Shown here: piece after piece, positions 1 to 12,000 of the stretch | How positions within the stretch are numbered: position 1 is the stretch's first letter | How the letters are laid out: the number at the start of each line of letters is the position of its first letter | Virus record (IMG/VR): IMGVR_UViG_3300017917_003143 | Location: 248,001-312,000 of that record | DNA length: 64,000 bases | Direction: 5' to 3' (one strand) | Notes under the pieces: generated by a model | What the model saw: the letters and a program-made list of their open reading frames with translations, nothing else | Told to the model about the DNA's origin: nothing | Databases searched by the model: none | Translations under genes and position numbers: made by a program

Positions 1-3000
1 AAATACATTGGTTGCTACCACAGTTCCTGTGCCATAGTCGTAACTACCGGGGTCTCCAGTGACATCGCCTTCATCAAATGGAGTGTCATCATAGGGTTCG
101 CCCACTATGGTACCAGTTTCAGTTGGCCCCACAAACACTTGGGTCAACAATCCTTGTTCTCTGGTGTCATTCCAAGTTGTAACAGCTATGGCTGCTCCAG
201 TGGCAGCACCAACTCGGAGTATTAGTTGATCTCCGTTGACGATATAATCAGCATCAGTAGAAAGAGCGATAACGATTTGTGCTCCGACTTCAGGAGGAGT
301 AAAGAACTCTACATATAGATCACTGCTACCGTCCCAGGTGCTGATGACATAGTCGACGTTTTGTACTGCTAATTCCTGATCGATATAAACTTTGACATCG
401 GTAGGAGAAACTAGTCCGCCTGAAACTTTTCCTCTGGTTGGGAGGTAGTATGGTCCCATGGTGCTACCGTCACCAAAATATTCCACACTTTCTGATGGGC
501 GCAATCTCTGCCCATCACGCTCTACTATGAGGTTGATTTCATTGGTGCCTTGGAGACTGTTGCTCAAAGTGTAAGTGGTTGTGCTGCCATCGTAGATAAA
601 GTATTGTGTTTGAGGGAAGCTCCAACTGCTTGGAGGCACAGTGGCACCTAATACAGTGATCACTACCCAGTCAGTGGCATCGTATGTGTCATCAAACGTG
701 ATCAGTGTTTCATACCCATTGACTGGAGCATAGGTATAATTGGTAATAATTTCACCGTTGACCAGGATCAATATTTCATCCAATACGCTTTCAGAATCTA
801 CTAGAGTGTAGAATATGAAATTGAAAGATGATCCGCTGTTGATAGTTTGATTGACACGATACACTTCGTTGTTGTATCGTACGTAGGTACCTCTGGAATA
901 CACAGTAAATGTTGACCAATTAACAGCAGTGATCACAGGAATAGTCAAGCTGTTGCCAACAAACTGTCCAGGATAGCTTTCTTTGTATAGCTGGCTGCCG
1001 CCGCCGATACCGTATACTTGTAAGTCAATCACGTCACCGTTGGCTGCGCCTGCGATCACTGTGACTGTGCGAGCGGCCCAGTCAACTGTGTATTCTTCTT
1101 CAGGTATCAATGAAACTCTGTTGGTAACGTTGATCACACGCACTGCCACAGCATGGCGCATGACGTTGGCAAAACTCACGGTATTGTCTACTGTGGTATA
1201 TTCAAGATTGATTGATTTAATGTTAAATCCGTGCCCATTGCCTTCCCAATCCGCGCCTGGACGGGTATAAACACGCAGATCTAATGTATCAAATGTAGAT
1301 CCAGGAATCAGTTCTTCTGGAGCATGACTCGAGAAGGTATCAATAAATGCGCCACCGTCGACGTTGATGTCTGTGGCACGTGTGCCCAAGTACGGATCCA
1401 AGAAACTGCTTTCATAGATCGCATCAAGGATAGCAGGATCATAGGTTGGGCGGCCTTCTGGTCCATAGCTAATGTTGTCGTACGGGTTGATGTCAAAATT
1501 ACCCACATCATAACCAGTGTTCTGGCTAAACAGCGGGCCTGCTACTTGTACGCCAGGATAGTCTATCCCCAACATCACTTGTTGTAGTTCTCGACCGGGC
1601 TCGTTAGGACTTGGGGTGTAAAGTCCTATCACTCGATCTGCGGCGTCAAGAGTGGCTTGATCCACTTCGGTGTACTGGGTAGGATCAAATATAGGACCGC
1701 TGTCCAGTTCAGCACTGTCATCCACTGCGTTGACACTGTAAACTTGATTTTGGAAACGAACCAACTGTCCTTCAAGATACTTGGTGTTGGGTTCCCAGTC
1801 AACGACTTGACTGTTATAATTGTAACGATCGTATTTGATCGTTGTCAGGAAGTTTCTTACTAACTCATTGCCCAGCACAGGTACAGCGCGAGCACCAAGG
1901 CCATTGCCGCCGCTGATAGTAACTGTTGGTGTTACAGTATACCCAGATCCTGTTTCAACAACGATAACTTCAACCAACTGTCCAGCTGTGTTGACTCTTG
2001 CCACAGCAAAAGCTGTTGATCCTGCATAGGCCAAGGTAGCAGTACCGTTGGTCTGGACTCCACTGGTAAATGTAGGAGGCTTGTCTCCTGTGGTTCCACC
2101 ATCCTGGATAGTATAGAGATTGCCAAGATAAAATACCTGTTGATCAGTGGCGTAGGCTGTGTTAGGTTGCCATTCATTACCAATGGTAACCACCGGAGGG
2201 ACAGTATAACCAGCACCGGGTTCTATGACATCAACACCTTGTAATACCAGGGTGTAGTTTTGATACCACTGGTTCCATGGTATTTCTTGCCAGATCGCCG
2301 CTGTTGATGGTTCACTGTTGCTGTACTTGGGCGGTTGTGTGTCATCAAGAGCAGGAGCCTCAAATCCTTGTATGCCGGAATCATAGTATGCTGGGCAATC
2401 AAAGTCGGTTACTGTACCTTCGTAGGTATCTAAACCATAGTATTTGAGATTGAACTCTTTGATCTTGACGTGATATGGCTTGACTTCTTTGATGTAGTCC
2501 AATACGAAATCTTGATTGTCCTGGCGGAAAATCTGATATGGTAACAACTCTCGGATTCTGTGATCAACATCGATCAATGAAGTCTTGAACAACCAATCAG
2601 GTGCATTGAATTCTGTCAGGATAAATTCAAACACCAACATCAATAGTTCATTACGGAAGATTTGTAATTCACCTGTCAGCAACTCTTCGTTGATGGCTTT
2701 TATTATCTGTCTTGTCTCAATGGCAGGATATTGATCAAAGTATTGGCTGTCAAAAGTTTCTACGTCAAACCCAAACTTTCCTGCGTTGTAATCCCAAACA
2801 GTATTGAGTATACGGATTGTGCCATCTTCAAGCACCACACGTATCCATTCTCCACCAAGATACTGATAAATTTCAAACTTACCAAAACTGTTGCGAGTGA
2901 CCTTGGCGCTGGCGCCCTCAGGCACTGTGAGTCTGGACAAATCGTTAAACGTGGCCACTTCTGCTACTGGTTTGATGCTGGCATTGTAACCGGGTTGTAT

Positions 3001-6000
3001 CCAATCAATGTATTCCCAATATTTCTTGGTATCGTAGTTTTGTACGCGACTTAGCAATAGATATTTAGAGATTCCGTCAATGGTAGGTGTCACTGTGTAG
3101 ATCGCCCATAAACCATTTTGTGTCTCATCAGACACTACCAAGTATTTGTATCCAAATGGTACTTCTCCAAGATCTTGGAATGTCAGCTCAGTGTATGTTG
3201 CCACCCTCTTGTTCCATTCGCCGGATGCTGATGTTGGCTCTGGCTCTTCGCTGTTGAGCAAATTGAATGGTCGGCTATCACTGATAGGAAACTGCGCTAG
3301 TATAGCGTTGGCACGCTCAAGATAGTTCTGTAGGGCCAAGAATCTGTCAGCAAAGAAACTCTGACGTGGACGGAATTGTACTCCGTATAGTTCTGCTGGA
3401 CTTAATTTTGGATCTGGAACTTTATTGCCTAAGGTATCTTCACCGCAGAATGAGTCCAGCATCTTGCGATACAGTCCTGCTCCAAGGAATCCTTCAGGAT
3501 TGCCAGCTGGAATAAGATCGTATTCAACGTGGACATTGTCATCGTTGGCTATCTTGTCAAATTCAACGTGCAGGATAGTGTCTTGTGCAGATATGAATTG
3601 ACGTGCATTGTACAAGGCCAGTGTGCCCGATGCCAGTGCGGCAATGTATGGAATACCTGAACTACGAGGATTCTCGATGTATTGTGCTACTGCTTCGGCG
3701 CTGAGTGTTTTCTTGGCGCGGGTAACGACTTCGCGAATGCCTTTGACCCAATAGAAATACCTTGTGGCAAATAAGCCATCATTGTTGAGCTTGCTGGCAA
3801 CAACATAACTGGTAGTGCTATAAACAGTTCCAGGGCCATCATACTGAGCTGGTGGAACATCACTTTCAATCCACTGATATACATCTACTGTGCTACCTGG
3901 GAACAATTGGCCCCAACGACGGCTTGCATACTCAATGCTACCTTGATGATAGTCTATGAATCTTACAGTAGATAGATCCCACCACATCTTGCCAAGATAT
4001 GTTTCGTTCCAAGTGTCTCCAAAATTGTTTACTTCACCAACGTTGTAGTTGGCTGGGTCTAATGCCCCAAGATAGTCAATGTTCTGGCGAGCTGATCCAA
4101 GGATCTTGCCTTGCAATGGATCAATGAAATCAAAATATTGTGTTACCTTTGATTCTAATTTGTCGTAAGAGAACACAGAGTTGATCAACTTGACATCTAC
4201 TATCGGTGTTTCTCTATAGATTGGGTTCCAAGCGGCCAGTCTATCTACGTTGTTTAACTGTGATATGCGACCATAGTCGCCAATGCTGTCACCAAGATCA
4301 TCCTGTGGAGATCCTACCAACAGTATACCGTTGAAATAGCTGACTGCTGTACCAAATTCATCCAAGGATTGCAGGGTTTCATCGTAGATCTGCTGACCAA
4401 ACACAAACTTGCTTGGATTTCTAATAGATCCGTTGGCCGATGACAACAAGTCATATGTGTACACCACGCCGCTTTCGCTCAATGGGTCAAAGAACTCTGT
4501 GGCTTTGCTGTCAAAATATGTGGCACCATTGTCGAATGTTGTTGGCTTGGCTGCTGTTCCTTGAGGAGAGCCCACTACCAGTGTGCGCGAATCATCGCTG
4601 ATGGCCACTGATTCTCCAAAGTGCGCATAAGCGATTTGATTTGGAGCTTCAACTGTTTGTGTGTAATGCATTGGCTCAAGGCCAAGATCTGAAAACGCAG
4701 TTCCAACACCTGGTGATACCAACAATTGGCTGAAAGGTATGGCAGCATTTGAATTAGCGATGCTGATGGTTAGATAACCGTTGCTCACTGATGCACTGAC
4801 ATTGGGTATCAAGACTAGACCTGCTGTAGGTCCTGATGGTACAGGAGTAGCGGCCACATTGATGTCATTGGCATAGAGTTCTACCCAACTTGACTGCTGC
4901 CAGTAGGTAGTGTTATCTATGCTGACTGAAACTGGAACGCTTCTGATAGAACGATAAATCGTGACTCCATCAATTACAAATGTGTTAGCACTCCATCCGA
5001 TAGAACTGTTCCATGGTGTAGGTGTTGACACTGAAATATCAACGTTGTTGATTCTCACTGTGTCGCCAGGTGTCAGTGTAGGATCCTGTTCAACACCGGT
5101 TATGATACCGTATAAACGATTTTGATTTACAAAACGTTCTACACTGCCAGCCTCTGGAAGAACTGCGGAATCGTTAGGTTGTCCAATGTACAGACTGCAA
5201 TTTGTAGGGCACTGATCAACTGCTTTACCAAAAGTTGCGCCGGCTTGTGGTGCATTGGAAGCCACAGCTTGCATCAATTGGAACTCATTGGTTTCAATCT
5301 CAATAGTATCGCCCACATTCAATGGATAGTCAATGGTCACTGTGTTTGCATTGTCCTCTACGAACTGTCCATTGTTGTTGAGCCCATCTGGAATCAAGAA
5401 TGTAGCATTGACTTTGACTGTAGCTGGACCGTTGAAATTTCTCAAGGTACTGTAAGTTGTGGTAGATGGATTGGTTACCGTGAATCTTTCTACACAACGA
5501 TCAAATACATAGACCTGGCCAGCTAATAATTTTCCACCCACAGTATCGTTGGGAGCACCAATCACTATCTGTCGGCCATCAGTGGTAGTAGTTATTGAAT
5601 GACCAAATCTTGCATTGGTTGGCAATCCTGGTACTGGCAAATAATCAACGTATTGCCAGTATGATATACTGGTCACAAGAATTGTTCCAAACACCCCTTG
5701 CAAGAAAGTTATATCCTGTGTCAATGGATTGAATGTATAATCCATGTTGGGACGTTGTAATATGTCATTGACATACACGCTGAAACTGTAGATGTCTGTT
5801 GCAGTATAGAGTTCTTCAATATTAAACACTGTGGTTGGCGTATTTGGGAAGAACGTTTTGCTCTGTAAACGTATGATACGTATTTCGTCGCCAGTGTTAG
5901 GCGGGGTATCAAATACGACGTTTTCACCATCATATGTCCAGTCCACGTTGGCGGTCTTTGGCAAGTCGTTGACTGTGACACCAATCTGCTGGCTACCAAT

Positions 6001-9000
6001 GCCGCCACCTGCTGAATCATTGTCTACAACAATAGTATCTGCGATGTAGAATGTTGTGGTAGAACCATCACCAACAAAGTTCTTGGCTTGTAACTGTACG
6101 TCAACTTTGTTGTAAGCATATACACGATTACCGGCAGGTGCACCAACATACATCCAACGTTCATCGGGGCTGATGGCCACGCTGTAACCATATTCATCAT
6201 ATAAGAATATGCTGATCAATGAACCATTGGGTGGTGCAGCCACTGGAGTAGAGTCAGTTGCGACCGATGTAAACACAATGTTAGGTGCTGAATATGTCCA
6301 GTTGACACCGTAGACTTGTACTACATCATCAATCACTACACCGACCTTGGCTGGATCAGTTATGGTGATCGAACCTGATGGGTCGTAACTTGTTGTAACA
6401 CCGTTGCCTGTGGTTTGATATAATCTATAAGGAACTTCTGTAAGTAGTTGGCTCTGGATAAAGTTGCCCGAATCAGAGTTACGATAGATAGCCACTGCAT
6501 AACCTTGATTGGCCCAGCTTCTTGGGGCGCCGGCGATACCCCAGCTGTTGTTACCACAGGCAACAGAATCACCGTAGCCAACAAAATTGTTGGCGCCCAT
6601 GGTCAATAATATACTTTCAACGTACGATGTAGTACCACCTTTGGTGTATCCGTAGACTGCGCCTGCTTCGCTGTTATAGCCCGGAGCACCAACAATGGCT
6701 GCCAGGCCGCCGAATCCTTGAGCGATAGAACTACCAAATCTTGAACCAACGATAGGTTCCAGCGGAACTAATTCAGTAGAGCTAGTGAAAGGATCGATTT
6801 TCTGGTAGACTACCCAATGTCCTGTGCCATCATCATCAACCCAGGCTTTGTTTCCGGGCAGTAAACTGTTGGCATAGACCAGATTTGAAACATCACTGGC
6901 CTGTGCCACACGCATGGTTTCAAGCACAAAGCAGATGCCAATGCCGTTTATTTGTGTCACTGCACCGCCTAGTGTGAGTTCCACTGTGACTGTCTTGAGA
7001 TTCGGCACGCTAAGGACTCGATAAGCGCCATCGATACCTTCTCCAAAGTATTTGATCACGATCTGTGAGTTAGGCGAAAGTCCGTGCTGTCCTGCAAATG
7101 TAAAGGTGCAAGTTCCGTTGAGATTGTCTCGCACCTGTGTCATGTTGTAAATGACTAAATTGTTACGATAGATATTCCAATCATATTCGTTGTCTTTGGC
7201 CACCCATACACTGGTACCCACTGTGATGTTTTCAATGTCGTTGATTATGTTATCAAGATCGGTAAAATTAAACAGTTTGATATCTGCATCGTTCCAGTTT
7301 ACATAACCTGCACTGGGTAGTTGGCTGTCGGTGGCACTGAGATCCGTGGTCGGTAAAATATTTGGAGAAGTGATTGGATAACTTTGTTTCCATATATTAG
7401 ATACCAAGATAGTTTGATCTGCTGTGCTAAACTGCTGTGGCTCAATAATCTCAACTGTGGAAGGATTGGCCAATAGCAGTGCTTCGTTCAAACGCAATTC
7501 AAAGTAACTGCGGTTGGCGTTGGCGCCGTAGACAGCTCGCTGGATAGCCCAGTTTTCAAATATTTCATATTCAGCTGTTTCTTTACCAAGGTTAGCTTTG
7601 GTAAAAATATCTGTAGCTTGGGTTGTACCTTTGGTTCCTAGGAATTGGCTGTAGATATTGACCTGACTGATATCGTCAAGATTCAAGTTCTGCATGTAAC
7701 GACGAGGACGGAAACCAATCAAGCCAAATGCAAACAAGTCTGCATCTCTTTCAAGGTTGGCGCTGTTGATATTATAGAAATTGCGAACTTCTGAGGAATT
7801 AGTGGCCGCATTAGGCAACAGACCTTTTTGTATGTCGTTGTAATCACTCTTGAGCCACACATTAAAGTCAAATTTATCAGTGGGCGGGATAATTTTTACC
7901 GCTGACCAGTAAGCGTCTTTGTACTTGACGATTTGTCCTTTAGAATAGCTACGGTTTGGAGACCATGCTTCAACGTTGTCTTGGTTGAGTATGAATCCTT
8001 GTGCATCTAAGCTACCATTCCAGTCGTAGGTAGTGTAACCAATAAACAGCAAACGACTCTGACGAGCACCTGTGGCTGGATTGTAAATCAAGTCATTGAA
8101 GATACTGACGTTATCAAACACTATCATGTGTTCATACGCTGTAAACTTTGCGTTGAGATAACTGAAAGTGTTGTTATTGACCGCACGTAGAGTAAGATCG
8201 TTTTCAAATCGCTCTACCACATAATCTTGACCTTGCAGGGCCTGTTTGTTCTGATTGAGTAATATATCCTCGGGTGCAGTGATGCTGAGAGGTTCGGCCA
8301 CAAGATTTGGCTTCATCGCATTGAGTGTGTTGGCCACTGGGTTGATGTTGATCAAGCTACCTGTTGCCCAACCTTGACGGCTCCAATAGATAAACTCTTG
8401 AGCCATTTGAGTCCAGTTCAAGATCCTACTGCCTTCTTTGTCCTCAAATGACATGCCTTGACGCTCTTGGAAAGCACCATAGCTCAACAAGAAATCAACC
8501 ACAGAGTTCACTGTGGTAAATTCGTATCCATAAGGAACTTGTACCACATTATTGCTGAAATCGTTGGGTGCTCTTACCACAGTGTCTGCTACTCTGATGG
8601 TGCGATAATTTCCGTTGGGCACACTGACCAATATTTCAAAATAAGGTCTGGTGGTTGAATATCCGTAGACTGCATAGCCAAGATCAGTTTTTTGTATGAT
8701 CACTGAGCTCCAAGTCAATGTGGCCACTGTGGGATTTTTGTACAGTAGGTATTGATAGCTCTCGTCTGGCAGTAACAAACTGGTATTCAAACTGTTAGGA
8801 CTTGATTTTTCTGTGTAAATCTTGGTATACTGCTTGTCTGAGAACGCGGCCAGACGATAGCATAGTCTTACATCAATGTTTTCCAGGACCACTTTGAGAT
8901 CAGCGGTGCTATCCAATCCAGTTTGTCGGTTGTAGTCAACGATCCAGTTGATGTAACTGTTTTTGATTGTTCCGTTGCCATAAATCTCAATGTTTTCTGG

Positions 9001-12000
9001 TTGTAAGCGGAAACGATTATTGTATAGATATTGTCCAAAGTCGTTGTTGTATCTGTAAAGATCTCGATCAGCAAACAGAGCAAAATATTCTGCAGGGCGT
9101 GTCAGTGCCAATAAACGCTGTACTGCAAATGGCCAAGCACTGGACTTGCGCCACGAAGCTTCAACAGGGCCGTCATCGCCCACAGTCCAGCTCTTGCGGA
9201 AACTGCCTTGGTCATATTCGCCTACCATAACTTCAAAAGGTGACAGCAATTGACCTTCGGATCCCGATGGTATCACTGATGTCAGTCCGGGTCGCTTGTA
9301 TTTGTTAATCACATAAGATCCTGCTGGATCCATTACACGACCGTCTTCAAGATCTTGCCATAATACCAAGTTTCCTGAAGTATACGGCGCCGGACCGTAC
9401 TCGTCTTCCCACCAAGTTGGCTTTTCGCTGAAGCCTAACATTTCCCATGGGCGAGTATTAGGAGCATCGGTATCATAGAAATAATTGTAAATGCCTCTCC
9501 AGGCACCCAACAATGTCTGATTGTTTAGTTTATTTTGGCTGGATGAATAATTCCATGTGAACTCATTGTCAGGAATATATTCTTGTTCTCTATAAGCCAG
9601 TTTGTTTGCACCGACCCAGGCCAGGAAACTGGTTCCTAAAATCTGTGTGATTTCGTTTTGTGTATAGTCTGTGGTGCGGAATTGTCCTGGAGCAACGTCC
9701 TCAAATACCAATGGTATAGGATTGCTTTCTACTTTGAGATTGTTGTAGATACGTTTTTCAAATTCCAGTAATACTTCATCTCTGATATCGTTGTAGGCCA
9801 CTGTGATTGAGCCGTCATGGCCACGTATCACAAATGTTGGTTGTACATAAGTATCATCGAGGAATTTTTGTGGCACATATGAAGGGTACAGACCTAACTT
9901 GGTTGGAGTCGATGGAACAAAGTTACCATAGGTAGTGGTGTATTCACGTATGGTCACCACATCGCCAATCTCTAATGGAACCAATATGGTCAATCGAGGG
10001 CCATCAGTTGCCACGGTGTATTCAATGCTATCTCCCAACAATATTTCATTGTTGAGATATACCAAGACAGCTCGATAATTGGCTTGATCAAAATCGTAGG
10101 TGTATAATGTATCAAATGTGTTGCTTGTGATTGGTGTTACAGTATAGACAGTTTCCTGGAAAGTTTCACCAGTTGGAATAGTGTCGGTCCAATAAAATGG
10201 AGTAACTTCAGTTTTGCCAAGATTTATCAAGCTGATGCATTCATCCAGTATTTCAGCCGAAGTCATGTTCTGGAAATTATTCTTGACTACTGTGTCCATC
10301 AACACATTCTTAAATTTTTCGTACTGGGCCGAAGAAAATTCAAGTGCCCGGAAGAAATCATATCCAGGATTGTTGATAAAGGTGCTGGCCATTGTCAGTG
10401 GCGCACTTTGTTGCATTATGATCTGGCCAAACGGAACTAAATCACCTAGGTCTCTTGAATTGTTTGGCCCATTGATGTCCCCTTGGAACTCTGGAAGATT
10501 TTGACAAATCGTTCCGTAGTGATTTCTTATGGTTCCCAGTGTGAGCTCAGGTACCACTGCATTCACAGCATTGTTTTCAAGATTCAGTGGTACAGAATAA
10601 AATCCAGTAGGACTTGCCACGTTGCTGACCACGCTGACTTCAACAGAAGATCCATCTGCTGGTTGATTGATGAAAGCGATAGTAGTTGAGTTATCTGGAT
10701 TTACAGTATAAGTGTATTCGTCGGGGGTGACAAATACAGCATTTACAAATACCTTGACTGGAATCGCTGATGATGTCACATCAACTGGAATGTCAATTAC
10801 AAGATTTTCGCCAGTGACATAATTGAAACTGAAACTTTGTCGAGACACTACCTCAGTTTCTGCTGTTTTCCATCCCAGCAGTTTGGTAAATTCTGTACGA
10901 TTTTGATACTGTCTTACTACTCCGTCGTTGATTGGAACTTCAATGCTGATCGTATCTTGGACATAGATAAATGTATCAATGTAAAGATTGTTGTCAAACA
11001 CAATGTCGCCCACGTTGTTGATCGTGAGATACTTCAGTGGTTGACCAATGATGCTGTCAGTGACTCCTTCGCCCGGTGCGTAGCTGAATAATTTAGTACC
11101 TACAAAAGATGTACCTGGATACACCAAGCGATCACTGTAGCTGACGCCATTTTCATCAAATACATCAAACAACGGTGGCTGGTTCACGCCAGTTTTTTGT
11201 TGTGCTGGTATCCATGTAGAACCGTCAAACCAATATGTGGTTCCTTGTTGTGTGATTCCGCTGGTGACCAACACTGACTGATCAAACAACTGGTCAGGTG
11301 TGTTGAGATCTGCTGGTTGTAGATCAATGATTGGTGTATCACCTGGTGAAGGTTGTATGAATGTAACTTCGTAGATTTTATTTCTTACTTCAGGATCAAT
11401 ATCCGCGGCAAAAATAACCCGGGTTCCATCCTGGAATGCATATCCATCAACGCTGTAACCAATACTACCATTGATGTTACTCATGGCATCAGTTTCACGG
11501 AAATCAATGATATTGATTGGTGGTAAACCTTCTGTACCAAAATCAAAAAGTTTCAAGCTGGGGACAAATTCAAGTATAGGACGTTTGGCTCGATAATTGT
11601 TGTCCAGGATTGGAACTGTTCCGTTGTATTCTGCTGTGGCATTGATGATATCAACGTGGAACCAACGGTTACTACGGCTCCAGGCGTTGAAATCGTGGCT
11701 GGCTCGATTGATCGTGATGTAATCCTGATCCAAGGGTGCATTCAACGTGTCATCATACGGAGTAGCATCATACGGAGTAGAATCGTAAGGAACTGTAGTT
11801 GATCTAGTATAAGTCTCTGGAGTAATAAACCTAGTCACTGGCAACAATGTGATAGATGATCCTACTCCTTCAACATAGTATTCTTTGCCCGAATATGATT
11901 CTGGTATGGTTGGTCCTTGGAACTGTACCTTGAGTCCGTTGGAAAATACTACTCCATTAGGGCTGGTATATTCTTTAGAGCCAATAATATTGACCAATCG

